From assembly GCA_964499705.1 (NCBI GenBank), contig CAZCME010000003.1, forward strand, positions 310,001-374,000: DNA of 64,000 bases. Reading direction: 5' to 3'. The DNA comes from an uncultured bacterium. Its GTDB lineage: Bacteria; UBA8481. Both the position numbers and the translations under genes were made by a program. Position 1 is the first letter of the stretch; each line of letters begins with the position of its first letter. This document shows positions 38,163 to 48,357 of this stretch, in pieces. The notes beneath the pieces were generated by a model. The model was not told where the DNA came from. It saw only the letters and a program-made list of their open reading frames with translations, and made no database searches.

Positions 38163-39103
38163 GAAAGTTTTCCCGCCAGGAGATATAGGACGCTCATCCG
38201 CGTCGCCACTCCGTTGGCGACCTGGTCGAGGATCACGGACTGGCGCCCGTCGGCGACATCGGAGTCGATCTCCACGCCCCGATTGATCGGTCCCGGATGC
38301 ATCACGAGGCAGTCCGGTTTCGCCTTCGCCAGGCGCGAGGCGGTCAGGCCGTAGCACCGGTGATATTCGCCGAGTGAGGGGAAATAGGTCGTCTCCATCC
38401 GCTCCTGCTGGATCCGGAGCATCATGACGACGTCGGTGTCGGCCAGCGCTTCGTCGAAGTCATGGTTGACGGAACATCCCATCTGCTCCACGCCGACCGG
38501 GATAAGCGTCGGCGGCCCGACGACCGTGACGTGCGCTCCCATCTTCGTGAAACCGTGAATATTGGAGCGCGCGACGCGGCTGTGGCGGATGTCTCCGACG
38601 ATGAGGATCTTCAGCCCGTCAAGCCGCCCTCTTTTTTCGAGCACGGTGAACATGTCCAGAAGCGCCTGCGTCGGATGCTCGTGCGCGCCGTCGCCCGCGT
38701 TCACGATGGAGGAGCGGACCTTGCGGGCCAGGAGCTGCGGCACGCCGGACGATCGATGGCGGACGACGATGATGTCGCAGGCCATGGCTTCGAGCGTTCG
38801 CGCCGTGTCGATGATCGATTCGCCCTTCGACGCGCTTGAAGCGGCCACGTTCAGAGTGACGACATCGGCGGAGAGGCGCTTGGCGGCGAGGTCGAACGAC
38901 TGGCGCGTCCGCGTGGAAGGCTCGAAGAAGAGCGTGACGACGGTGCGCCCCTGCAGGACAGGAACCTTCTTCACGGTCCGCGCTCCGCCGTCCGGGGAGG
39001 TGTAGACGCTCTTCATCCCCTTCGCCGTCTCCAGGATGAGCTCGATCTCCCTGCGCGAGAGATGCTCGATCCCGATGAGGTGCCGCGACTGAAGCTCGCT
39101 CAC
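38159..39103 (-). CDS. pyrB: Aspartate carbamoyltransferase catalytic subunit
   Basis: GTG 39103. FFEPSTRT, NAGDGAHEHPTQALLD, HSRVARS, MHPGPINRG. Confidence 0.96.
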
Positions 39104-39654
39104 GCGTCGCTCCGCTCGACGGTGACTTCGTCCGCTCCGTCGAGTTCCGTCAGCCGGACGCGCACGTGATCTACCGGCGAGGTCGCGATCCGTTTGCCCG
39201 CGAACTCCGCCTGGATGGGAAGTTCCCGCAGCCCGCGGTCGACGAGGACGGCGAGATGAACGGCGCGGGGACGACCGAAATCGGAGAGCGCGTTCAGCGC
39301 CGCGCGAATCGTGCGGCCGGTGTACAGGACATCGTCGACAAGGATGATCGTGGTGCCGTGCACGTCGAACGGGAGATGACTGGCGCGGACTTCCGGCCAT
39401 GCGCGCGCCGTGGAGGAATCGCGCGCGTGGAAGTCGTCGCGGTAGAGGGTGATATCGAGCGTCCCGCGGAGGGGCTCGACGCCGCGCCGCTCGCGATAGA
39501 TCGAGGCGAGCCGGTCCGCCAGGGGAACGCCCCGGGAGCGGATCCCGACGAAGGCGACGGGCGGATCGCTGTAGGTCGACGCGATCTCGTTGCCGATCTT
39601 CGCGAGCGCCTGCGCGATGCGTTCCGAGTCGAGAATGAGGGTTTTGTTCACCAT
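39100..39654 (-). CDS. pyrR: Bifunctional pyr regulator / uracil phosphoribosyltransferase
   Basis: ATG 39654. GIRSRG, LDITLYRDD, VDDVLYTGRTIRAA, DRGLRELPI. Confidence 0.95.
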   Translation of the reverse strand: MVNKTLILDSERIAQALAKIGNEIASTYSDPPVAFVGIRSRGVPLADRLASIYRERRGVEPLRGTLDITLYRDDFHARDSSTARAWPEVRASHLPFDVHGTTIILVDDVLYTGRTIRAALNALSDFGRPRAVHLAVLVDRGLRELPIQAEFAGKRIATSPVDHVRVRLTELDGADEVTVERSDA

Positions 39655-39659
39655 TTTAA

Positions 39660-39789
39660 TTAACCACGAACCACACGAACGAGACAAGATGAATCGATTG
39701 AACAGGATCAATATCGATCGAATATGGGAAAGTGATGCGGGGCGATAAATATTTTATTTCCGTTCGTGTGGTCTGTGTGGTTCGTGGTT
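39660..39789. repeat. Nonamer-period inverted-repeat cassette upstream of pyrR
   Basis: Left arm TTAACCACGAACCACACGAACG; right arm CGTTCGTGTGGTCTGTGTGGTTCGTGGTT (one extra 9-mer); AT-rich interior. Confidence 0.85.
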
Positions 39790-39807
39790 TGCATATTTGT
39801 GGATTAC

Positions 39808-41121
39808 TCATGAGCATAATCCCATCTTTTCGAAGACCATATCCACGTTCTTCAGGAGGTCGCCGACCTGGAAGAGCTCGACGAGTTCCTTCTCGGAAAA
39901 GGGGCACGATCCTCCGGGAAAAGGCGTCATGCAGAGGGATGCCAGGAGATCGAGCCGGCGGTCTTCGGAATCGAGCACCTTCATCGCGGCCGCCTGGATC
40001 CACGAATAGGCGGCCTGCCTCGTGATGCCACGCTTGAGGAGCGACGCGAGGACGCGGGAGGAATGGATAAGGCCGCGGCTGGACGCGACGTTTCTCGCGA
40101 CCTGTTCCTCGTTGACCGTCAGCCCCCGCACGACCCACGAGGTCTTGTTCAGCATGTAATCGATCAGGGTGAACGCGTCGGCGAGAATGATGCGCTCGGC
40201 CGAGGAATGGGAAATGTCTCGTTCGTGCCAGAGCGCCTGGTTCTCGAGAGCGACTCCGGCATAGCTCCGCATGACGCGCGCCAGTCCCGTGATCCTTTCG
40301 CAGACGACGGGATTCCGCTTGTGCGGCATCGCCGACGATCCCTTCTGCCCCTCGGAAAACGGTTCCGCCGCCTCGGAGACCTCGGTGCGCTGGAGGTGGC
40401 GGATCTCGACGGCGATCTTTTCGAGAGAACCCGCGAGGACCGCGAGCATGGAGAGAACGTCGGCGTGCAGATCCCGCGAGAGCACCTGCGTGGCGATGGG
40501 GGCAGGAGCGAGACCGAGGTGGGCGAGCGCTTTCGCCTCGAGCTCCGGGGAGGTTTCGGAATAGGTCCCCACCGCGCCGGAGAGCTTGCCGATGGAGATG
40601 AGCTCCTCGATCCTGCGGATGCGGTCCAGGTTGCGTCTCGACTCGTCATGCCAGACGGCAAACTTGAAACCCAGGGTCGTCGCTTCCGCGTGGATGCCAT
40701 GCGTCCGGCCGAGCGTGACGAGATGCCTGTAGCGGACGGCTTTCTCGCGCAATAATCCCGATAGCTCCCGCAGCCCATTCTCGACCGCGACGATGGCGCG
40801 CCTCATCGTCAGGACGAGCGCGGTGTCGACGATGTCGGTGGATGTCAGACCGCGATGAATATGGCGGGCGGCCGGGCCGATCTTTTCGGCGAGCGATTCG
40901 AGGAACGCGATGACGTCGTGGTTCGTCGTATTCTCGATCTCGGTGATCCGCGCCACGTCGATGACGGCGCGCGACGTGATCTCCGCGAGGTCGGACTTCG
41001 GGATCGCGCCCATGTCGCACGCCGCGCGGCAATGAGCCAGCTCGACCTCCAGCCATCGCTCGAACTTGGATTGCTCCGACCAGAGCGAAGCCATCTCCGG
41101 CCGTGAATAGCGGCCGATCAT
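39808..41121 (-). CDS. purB: Adenylosuccinate lyase
   Basis: MIGRYSRPEM, HRGLTSTD, GRTHGIHA, GSSAMPHKRNP, WHERDISHSSAER. Confidence 0.96.
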   Translation of the reverse strand: MIGRYSRPEMASLWSEQSKFERWLEVELAHCRAACDMGAIPKSDLAEITSRAVIDVARITEIENTTNHDVIAFLESLAEKIGPAARHIHRGLTSTDIVDTALVLTMRRAIVAVENGLRELSGLLREKAVRYRHLVTLGRTHGIHAEATTLGFKFAVWHDESRRNLDRIRRIEELISIGKLSGAVGTYSETSPELEAKALAHLGLAPAPIATQVLSRDLHADVLSMLAVLAGSLEKIAVEIRHLQRTEVSEAAEPFSEGQKGSSAMPHKRNPVVCERITGLARVMRSYAGVALENQALWHERDISHSSAERIILADAFTLIDYMLNKTSWVVRGLTVNEEQVARNVASSRGLIHSSRVLASLLKRGITRQAAYSWIQAAAMKVLDSEDRRLDLLASLCMTPFPGGSCPFSEKELVELFQVGDLLKNVDMVFEKMGLCS

Positions 41122-41155
41122 GAGGGAAATCCGATTTCAGATCCTGAATTGAACT

Positions 41156-42133
41156 TCACTTGTAAATAACCCCCGGATTCCGCGTTACGTTCCCGATGAC
41201 GTGCGTCGTTTCGCCGCGGGTGGAGAGGATCTCCTTCGCCGAGGCGACTTCCGATTCCGGCAGGAGGACGATCATTCCGATTCCCATGTTGAAAGTTCCG
41301 CGCATCTCTTCGATGGGGACATTACCACGGGAAGCGATCTCGCGGAAGATCCCGGGCTCGGGCCAGGCCCTCTCGTCGATGATCACTCCAAGACCCTCGG
41401 GAACGGCGCGGATGACGTTGCCGGGGATGCCGCCGCCCGTGATGTGCGCGATCGCATGGATCTCGACCCTGTTCATGAGCGCCAGGATGGAATTCACGTA
41501 GATGCGCGTCGGAACGGAGAGTCGCTCGGCGAGGTCCCGATCGATCGCGCGATCGTCGGGGCAGAGAATTTTCCGCGCGAGCGAGAAGCCGTTGGAATGA
41601 AGGCCGGTCGATTCCAATCCCAGGAGCACGTCGTTTTCCCGGACCCGTTCCGGGCCGAGAATGTTCTTCTCGTCGACGATCCCGACTGCGAACCCGGCCA
41701 GGTCGCATTCTCCCGGCGCGTAGAACCCGGGAAGCTCGGCGGTTTCGCCTCCCAGGAGCCGGCATCCCGCCTGCCGGCAGCCGTCGTTCATGCCGCGCAC
41801 GAGTCGTTCGATGAGCTCGGGATCGAGATGAGAGGAGGCGATGTAGTCGAGGAAGAAGAGCGGCTTCGCGCCGGAGCAGAGAATGTCGTTGACGTTCATG
41901 GCGACGAGATCGATGCCGAGGCTCTCCGGTTTTCCCGCCGGAAGGGAGACGCGGATCTTCGTGCCGACGCCGTCGGCACCCGCGACGAGGATCGGCTTTT
42001 CGCAACCTGACGTGTCGAGCGGGAATCGGCCTCCGAAATCGCCGATGCCGGGGATGAACGAGGCGATGCGCCGCACGACGTCGTCGCCGCGGTCGATCGA
42101 GACTCCCGCATCCTCGTAGGTGACGGTCGTCAT
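41156..42133 (-). CDS. purM: AIR synthetase
   Basis: YEDAGVSI, DGVGTK, GGETAELPG, HSNGFSL, HITGGG, FNMGIG. Confidence 0.96.
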   Translation of the reverse strand: MTTVTYEDAGVSIDRGDDVVRRIASFIPGIGDFGGRFPLDTSGCEKPILVAGADGVGTKIRVSLPAGKPESLGIDLVAMNVNDILCSGAKPLFFLDYIASSHLDPELIERLVRGMNDGCRQAGCRLLGGETAELPGFYAPGECDLAGFAVGIVDEKNILGPERVRENDVLLGLESTGLHSNGFSLARKILCPDDRAIDRDLAERLSVPTRIYVNSILALMNRVEIHAIAHITGGGIPGNVIRAVPEGLGVIIDERAWPEPGIFREIASRGNVPIEEMRGTFNMGIGMIVLLPESEVASAKEILSTRGETTHVIGNVTRNPGVIYK

Positions 42134-43557
42134 GCCGCGCCGGCCGCAGGCACGCGGTTCTTATGAAGAACTTCCTTCGCGGATCGCTCCTCGAAGGTCA
42201 CCGGATATTTTCCCGTGAAGCAGGCGTTGCAGAACGAGTGGCCCGGGAGGACGGACACCATGTCCTCGATGGAGAGATATCCGAGGGTATCCACGCCGAT
42301 CTTCGCGGCGATCTCCTCGATCGTATGATTGTGCGCGATCAGCGTGTCGGCGCTGGGAGTGTCGATGCCGTAGTTGCAGGGAGCGATCCAGGGCGGGCAG
42401 GAGATCCGCATGTGCACCTCGCGGGCGCCCGCGTTGCGGATCATCCGCACGATCTTCTTGCTGGTGCTTCCCCGCACGATCGAGTCGTCGACGATGACGA
42501 CGCGCTTGCCGTCCAGGACATTCCGGACCGCGTTGTACTTCACGCGGACGCCGAAGTCGCGGATCGCCGAATCCGGCTCGATGAATGTCCGGCCGACATA
42601 GTGAGACCGGATGAGTCCGTTGGCGTAAGGAAGATTGGACCGTTCCGCGTAGCCGATCGCCGCGGCGTTGGAGGAGTCGGGCACGGAAATGACGACGTCG
42701 GCGTCGGCGGGATGCGTCTCCGCCAGCTTCGCGCCCAGCCGGATGCGGGCGTCGTAGACCGATTCGCCGAAGATGACGCTGTCCGGGCGTGAGAAGTAGA
42801 TGAGCTCGAAGACGCAGAGCGCCTGCTTGTCGACCGGCGGGAGAAAGCGCGAGCGCATGCCTCGCTCGTCGATGATGAGAACTTCACCGGGCTTGATCTC
42901 GCGGACATATTCCGCGCCGACGAGGTCGAAGGCGCAGGTCTCGGACGCGATGATCCAGCCCTCGCCGAGCTTCCCGAGGATGAGCGGGCGGAATCCGTAG
43001 GGATCGCGCGTCGCGACAAGCTCGCGCTCTGTCAGGATCACCATCGAGTAGGCGCCCTTCGCGATCGTCAGGGCCGAGACAAGCGTGTCCTCGAAGGATC
43101 CGAGATCGCGCGCCATCAGGTGGAGGATCACCTCCGTGTCGACGGTCGTGTGGAAGATCGCGCCGGATCGCTCCAGTTCCGTCCGGAGCCCGGCGGCGTT
43201 GACGAGGTTGCCGTTGTGGGCGAGAGCGAGACCTCCGCGACGGTAGTCGATCTGGAGCGGCTGGGCGTTTTCGAGCATGGGCGCGCCCGTCGTCGAATAG
43301 CGGACATGGCCGACCGCGGTGTCGCCGGGCAGAGACTGGAGAACGGACTTGTTGAAGACATCCGGCACGAGTCCCAGCGCGCGATGCCCGTGCAAACGCC
43401 CGTTCTCGCGCGTCACGATCCCGGCGCTCTCCTGGCCGCGGTGCTGGAGCGCGTAGAGGCCGAGGTAGGTGATCGTGGATGCCTCGGGGACTCCCCAGAC
43501 ACCGACGACTCCGCATTCGTCGCGGGGAATGAGTGATTTGGGATTTTCAATTTTCAT
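42130..43557 (-). CDS. purF: Amidophosphoribosyltransferase
   Basis: Propeptide then ECGVVG, LQHRGQESAG, GHVRYST, VDDSIVRGST, Fe-S cysteines. Confidence 0.96.
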   Translation of the reverse strand: MKIENPKSLIPRDECGVVGVWGVPEASTITYLGLYALQHRGQESAGIVTRENGRLHGHRALGLVPDVFNKSVLQSLPGDTAVGHVRYSTTGAPMLENAQPLQIDYRRGGLALAHNGNLVNAAGLRTELERSGAIFHTTVDTEVILHLMARDLGSFEDTLVSALTIAKGAYSMVILTERELVATRDPYGFRPLILGKLGEGWIIASETCAFDLVGAEYVREIKPGEVLIIDERGMRSRFLPPVDKQALCVFELIYFSRPDSVIFGESVYDARIRLGAKLAETHPADADVVISVPDSSNAAAIGYAERSNLPYANGLIRSHYVGRTFIEPDSAIRDFGVRVKYNAVRNVLDGKRVVIVDDSIVRGSTSKKIVRMIRNAGAREVHMRISCPPWIAPCNYGIDTPSADTLIAHNHTIEEIAAKIGVDTLGYLSIEDMVSVLPGHSFCNACFTGKYPVTFEERSAKEVLHKNRVPAAGAA

Positions 43558-45836
43558 CGTGAGCCTCGCTTTTCGAAGAGCTTCGTGAACGTGTCGCGCC
43601 CGGCGGCCAGGATTTCGCTCATGGGTATACGAATGCCCGGCTTCATCACGAGTTCGCCTCCTCCCGCTTCACCGAGTTTCCGAATTTCCGTTGCGAATTT
43701 CCGCGCGAGTTCCATGATTTTCTCCTCGTCCTTTTCCTCGACGACAACGATGACACGGCCCGGGCCTTCCCCGAAGAGCGCGACGTCGGTTCTTTCCGCC
43801 CCCGGCAGGTCCACTCGTATACCCATTCGTCCGGCGCGCGCCATCTCGGCGAGCGTCACGGCGATGCCGCCCAGGGAGACATCATGCGCTGCACGGATGA
43901 GGCCGCCCTGGATGCCCGCCAGCAACAGCTTTTGGATCGCGCGCTCGTCCGCGAAATCCGGCGCCGCGGGTCGCCCGGCGATGCGATGATGCTCCTGGTA
44001 CAGATATTCCGACGCCGCGAGCGAAGGCGCGCCGGATCCGATGAGAAAGAGATTCCCCGCCTGAAGCGCGATGCCTGTCGCATGCGCGGAGGCATCGAGA
44101 ATGCCGAGCATGCCGATCGTCAGGGTCGGAGAAATCGCCTCGCCGTCTGTTTCATTGTACAACGAAACATTGCCACCCGTGATCGGGGTATCGAGCGCGC
44201 GGCAGGCTTCCGACATGCCTTCGATCGACTGAGCCAGCTGCCAGTAGATTTCCGGCCGGTTCGGATTGCCGAAGTTGCAGCAGTTCGTCGCGGCGACCGG
44301 CAAGGCTCCGGAACAGGCGACGTTGCGGGCGGATTCGGCGACCGCGAGCATCGCGCCCGTTTTCGGGTCGAGAGATGCCGCGCGCGCGCAGGAATCGACG
44401 GAGACCGCGACTGCTTTTTCGGAGCCGTGCACGCGGAGGACCGCGGCGTCGCCCCCGATGGTCTTTAGAGCCGTGGAGGTTCCGACCATGTGATCGTACT
44501 GCTCCCAGATCCACGCTCGCGAGCAGAGCTCGGGCGAATCGAGAAGCCGCAGCAGGACCGCTCCCGGATCGGCCGGTTCGGGAATGTCATCGAGATGCAG
44601 CGCCAGGCGAGCCTCGCGATTGTCCGGCTCGCGCATCGCGGGCGAATTAAGCGGAGCGGCGTCCGTCAGGCTCGGTACGGGAATCTCCGCGCAGATTTCA
44701 TCGCCGCGCTTCACGACCATGGATCTCCCGGGCTTGATCTCCCCGAGGTCGTGCGCCTTCATGTCCCACTTCGCCAGGATCGCGGCGGCCTTCTCCCATT
44801 TTTCCGGAGAAACGACCGCCAGCATGCGTTCCTGCGACTCGGAGAGCATGATCTCATACGGCGACATCCGCGCGGCGCGGAGCGGAACCCTGGCCAGGTC
44901 GATCTCGATTCCCGTTTCGCCGCGCGACGCCATCTCGCATGAGGAGCAGGTCAGACCGGCGGCGCCCATGTCCTGGATCGCGTCGACGGCGTCCGACTCG
45001 ATGAGCTCCAGCGTCGCTTCGAGAATCTTCTTCTCCATGAAGGGGTCGCCGATCTGGACGGCGCTGCGCTTGTCCTCAACGCCTTCCTCGAACGTCTCCG
45101 ACGAGAAGGTAGCGCCGTGAATTCCGTCGCGGCCCGTCGGTCCTCCGTAATACAGGACGCGCCCGCCGATTCCGGAAGCGCGGGCGCGCATGATCCGGTC
45201 GCGGGGCACGATGCCGACCGCCATCACGTTGACGAGAGGATTGCCGAGATAGTTCGCGTCGAATCGCGTTTCTCCGGCGACGGTCGGGATGCCGACGCAG
45301 TTGCCGTAATCCGCGATCCCGCGAACGACGCCGCGGACCAGCGTCGCGACGCGGTCTGATTCCGGATCGACCGATCCGGCCATCCCTGGCCTCTCGCGGC
45401 ACTTCCCCCTTTCGTGGGGGTCGCCGAAATGCAGCGAATCGAGAAGCGCGATCGGGCGGGCGCCCATCGCGAAGATGTCCCGCAGGATTCCTCCCACGCC
45501 CGTCGCGGCGCCCTGGTATGGCTCTATGGCGGAAGGATGATTATGCGATTCGATCTTGAAGCAGACGGCCAGGTTCTCGTCGAGAGCGATGACGCCGGCG
45601 TTCTCGCCCGGCCCCTGCAGAACGTGCGATCCGGTCGTCGGAAGCCCGGAGAGAAGTTTCCGGGAGTTTTTGTACGAGCAGTGTTCCGACCACATGACGC
45701 CGTAGATTCCCAGTTCCGTTTCGTTCGGCTCCCGCCCCAGCAGGCTCACGATGTGATCGTATTCGCCGCGCGTCAGGCCGAGCTCCTGCCAGAGGGGCTT
45801 GACGGCCCGCGTCGGTTTGTTCTGCGTCGCGTTCAT
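43554..45836 (-). CDS. purL: FGAM synthase subunit PurL
   Basis: MWSEHCSYK, ESHNHPS, QDMGAAGL, LSESQERM, GGNVSLYN. Confidence 0.96.
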   Translation of the reverse strand: MNATQNKPTRAVKPLWQELGLTRGEYDHIVSLLGREPNETELGIYGVMWSEHCSYKNSRKLLSGLPTTGSHVLQGPGENAGVIALDENLAVCFKIESHNHPSAIEPYQGAATGVGGILRDIFAMGARPIALLDSLHFGDPHERGKCRERPGMAGSVDPESDRVATLVRGVVRGIADYGNCVGIPTVAGETRFDANYLGNPLVNVMAVGIVPRDRIMRARASGIGGRVLYYGGPTGRDGIHGATFSSETFEEGVEDKRSAVQIGDPFMEKKILEATLELIESDAVDAIQDMGAAGLTCSSCEMASRGETGIEIDLARVPLRAARMSPYEIMLSESQERMLAVVSPEKWEKAAAILAKWDMKAHDLGEIKPGRSMVVKRGDEICAEIPVPSLTDAAPLNSPAMREPDNREARLALHLDDIPEPADPGAVLLRLLDSPELCSRAWIWEQYDHMVGTSTALKTIGGDAAVLRVHGSEKAVAVSVDSCARAASLDPKTGAMLAVAESARNVACSGALPVAATNCCNFGNPNRPEIYWQLAQSIEGMSEACRALDTPITGGNVSLYNETDGEAISPTLTIGMLGILDASAHATGIALQAGNLFLIGSGAPSLAASEYLYQEHHRIAGRPAAPDFADERAIQKLLLAGIQGGLIRAAHDVSLGGIAVTLAEMARAGRMGIRVDLPGAERTDVALFGEGPGRVIVVVEEKDEEKIMELARKFATEIRKLGEAGGGELVMKPGIRIPMSEILAAGRDTFTKLFEKRGSR

Positions 45837-46549
45837 GCCGCGATCCCCGCGCGCGCGGCGCGCTCGCCCGTAAGATGCGCGATCATCGACTCGAAGATCC
45901 AGCGCCCGTGCGTGACGCCCCCCGTGAATTCCTCGCAGGCCCGCTCCGGATGCGGCATCATCCCCAGGATATTTCCCTTGGCGTTCAGGATTCCCGCGAT
46001 CCTTCCGACGGATCCGTTCGGATTCTCCGCCTGCTCGATTCCCGGCGGAGCCTCATACCGGTACGCGATCCGGCCCTCGTCTTCCAGCTTCCGGTATCCC
46101 TCCGCGTCGATGAAGTACTGGCCTTCTCCATGAGCGATCGGCAGGCGGAGAAAATCCTCGCCCCTGGCCGTGAAGAGCGAGTCCCGGCGCTCGCGCTTCA
46201 GCCAGACCGGCCTGCACATGAACTTCAGGGACCTGTTCCGGATGAGCGCGCCCGGCAGCAGATGAGCCTCGACGAGAATCTGGAATCCGTTGCAGATCCC
46301 GAGGACGAGGCCTCCGCGGTCGGCGTGTTCCTTCACAGCGCGCATGATCTTCGAGAAGCGGGCGATCGCTCCGCACCGGAGATAATCTCCGTAGGAAAAT
46401 CCTCCCGGCAGAACGACGGCGTCGAATCCCGAAAGGGACGTTTCCGTGTGCCAGACTTCCGCGACGTCCTGTCCCATGACATCCCTCAGGGCCCGGACGC
46501 AGTCCTTGTCGCAATTGGATCCCGGGAAGACGACGACGGCGAAGCGCAC
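45833..46549 (-). CDS. purQ: FGAM synthase glutaminase subunit PurQ
   Basis: FPGSNC, GGFSYGDYLR, GICNGFQIL, MMPHPER. Confidence 0.96.
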   Translation of the reverse strand: MRFAVVVFPGSNCDKDCVRALRDVMGQDVAEVWHTETSLSGFDAVVLPGGFSYGDYLRCGAIARFSKIMRAVKEHADRGGLVLGICNGFQILVEAHLLPGALIRNRSLKFMCRPVWLKRERRDSLFTARGEDFLRLPIAHGEGQYFIDAEGYRKLEDEGRIAYRYEAPPGIEQAENPNGSVGRIAGILNAKGNILGMMPHPERACEEFTGGVTHGRWIFESMIAHLTGERAARAGIAA

Positions 46550-46551
46550 GG

Positions 46552-46782
46552 TCAGAGCGCCTTCACTTCGAATCGCTCCACGATCGGATTCGCCAGCAGC
46601 TTGTCGGAAATCTCCGCGATGCGGTTCGGATCGCCGTCCGTCTCGATGAGAAACGATCGTCCGGCGCGGATCGACCGGATTTCCGGATACCCGAGAGCGT
46701 GCGCGGAGTCGAGAATCGCTTCGCCCTGCGGATCGGAAACCTCGTTCTTCGGAAGGACGGTGATGAGATACTTGTCTGTCAT
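46552..46782 (-). CDS. purS: FGAM synthase subunit PurS
   Basis: DPQG, LLANPIVE. Confidence 0.93.
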   Translation of the reverse strand: MTDKYLITVLPKNEVSDPQGEAILDSAHALGYPEIRSIRAGRSFLIETDGDPNRIAEISDKLLANPIVERFEVKAL

Positions 46783-46812
46783 TGGGGAACCTCGCCAGTG
46801 GAATTCGAATTG

Positions 46813-46882
46813 TTCATCAGCCGATGTTCATTCGTCATTATGGTTCGCAATGACAAATGACGAATGAACAATGACTGATGAA
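46813..46882. repeat. Heptamer-period hairpin between purC and purS
   Basis: TTCATCAG..TGTTCATTCGTCATT pairs with AATGACGAATGAACA..CTGATGAA; right arm is AATGACA AATGACG AATGAAC AATGACT GATGAAG. Confidence 0.85.
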
Positions 46883-46891
46883 GAATCGCAC

Positions 46892-47776
46892 TCATGCCCA
46901 CTCTCTCCCCGTGATCCGAAGATACGCTTCCTTGTAACGGTCCTGCGTGCCCTGGATGACGGATGCGGGCAGCGGCGGCGGAGGCGGCTGCTTGTTCCAG
47001 TCGAGCGTTTCGAGATAGTCGCGGAGGAACTGCTTGTCGAAGGGATCCTGCGCGCGCCCGGGTCGCCAGGAATCCGCCGCCCAGTATCGGGAGGAATCCG
47101 GAGTCAGGGCTTCGTCGATGAGAATGACGCTGTCGTCGGGAAGAAGTCCGAACTCGAATTTCGTGTCGGCCAGGATAAGCCCGCGGCTTTCGGCGTGCTT
47201 CGATGCGGCCGCGAAGAGCGCCAGGGTGAGCGCGCGGAGCTTGTCGGCGAGCGGTCCGAGTTCCGCGCGCATCCGGGCGAAGGGAATGTTCTCATCGTGT
47301 CCTTCCGCGGCCTTGGTCGCCGGCGTGAAGAGCGGCTCCGGAAGCCGGGAGGACTCGACGAGTCCCTCCGCCATTTTTTCACCGTGAATCGTTCCGTTCG
47401 CCCGGTATTCCTTCCACGCGGATCCCGCGAGATATCCGCGCGCGACGCATTCGAAATCGACGCGACGCGCCTTCGTCACGAGCATGGATCGGCCTTCGAG
47501 CGATCGGCAGGATCGGAACGGTTCGGGATAATCGGCGAGGAGCGTGGAGAGGCAGTGATGGGGAACGATCGCGCGGAGCTCCGGCCGGGCGAACCACCAC
47601 GCGGAGAGCGTATTGAGGATCCGGCCCTTTTCCGGGATCTCTTCGTCGAAGATGACGTCGAACGCGCTGATCCGGTCGGAGGCGACGATGAGCAGGCGAT
47701 TGCCGAGGTCATGGACATCGCGCACCTTTCCGCGATATGCCGGAGCCGGAAGCGAAGCGGACAGGAGGGAGCTCAT
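46892..47776 (-). CDS. purC: SAICAR synthetase
   Basis: [42 protein letters not shown]. Confidence 0.96.
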   Translation of the reverse strand: MSSLLSASLPAPAYRGKVRDVHDLGNRLLIVASDRISAFDVIFDEEIPEKGRILNTLSAWWFARPELRAIVPHHCLSTLLADYPEPFRSCRSLEGRSMLVTKARRVDFECVARGYLAGSAWKEYRANGTIHGEKMAEGLVESSRLPEPLFTPATKAAEGHDENIPFARMRAELGPLADKLRALTLALFAAASKHAESRGLILADTKFEFGLLPDDSVILIDEALTPDSSRYWAADSWRPGRAQDPFDKQFLRDYLETLDWNKQPPPPPLPASVIQGTQDRYKEAYLRITGREWA

Positions 47777-48357
47777 CGCTTTTTCTTCGCGCGCGCGGAA
47801 GGAGCAGGGCGAGCCGGCGATCGGCGCGCCACCGACGCGGAGCGCTGGGCCTGGATGCGCGTGTTTCTCCCGTGCGATTCCGCGGCGAGCGATGACATGA
47901 AGGCGGCGACTTTTCTTTGAAGCGATCTGTCATGCGTCGCGAGGATCTTCACGGCCAGGAGGCCGGCATTGCGTCCGTTGCCGATCGCGACCGTGGCGAC
48001 CGGCACGCCGGCCGGCATCTGGACGATGGAGAGGAGCGAGTCGAGCCCCTTCAATGTCCTTGTCTCGATCGGCACGCCGATGACCGGCAACGTCGTCATG
48101 CTGGCGACCATGCCGGGCAGATGCGCCGCCCCGCCGGCTCCCGCGATGATGACCCTGATCCCGCGATCCGCCGCGGTCATCGCATACTGGACCATCGCGT
48201 CCGGCGTGCGGTGCGCGGAGACAACCCGCACCTCATGCGGGACGCCGAATTCCTCGCACGTCCTCGCCGCCGCTTCCATCGTGGAATAGTCGCTATCACT
48301 ACCCATGATGATCCCGACGACCGGTAAAAAAGGGGTCTGCCCCCTTTTTTTCTTCAT
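47773..48357 (-). CDS. purE: N5-CAIR mutase
   Basis: ATG 48357. [37 protein letters not shown]; basic extensions at both ends. Confidence 0.95.
   Translation of the reverse strand: MKKKRGQTPFLPVVGIIMGSDSDYSTMEAAARTCEEFGVPHEVRVVSAHRTPDAMVQYAMTAADRGIRVIIAGAGGAAHLPGMVASMTTLPVIGVPIETRTLKGLDSLLSIVQMPAGVPVATVAIGNGRNAGLLAVKILATHDRSLQRKVAAFMSSLAAESHGRNTRIQAQRSASVARRSPARPAPSARAKKKR

Noticed and set aside
41122-41155. Possible heptamer relic between purM and purB
   Set aside because: Too short and degenerate to separate from chance.
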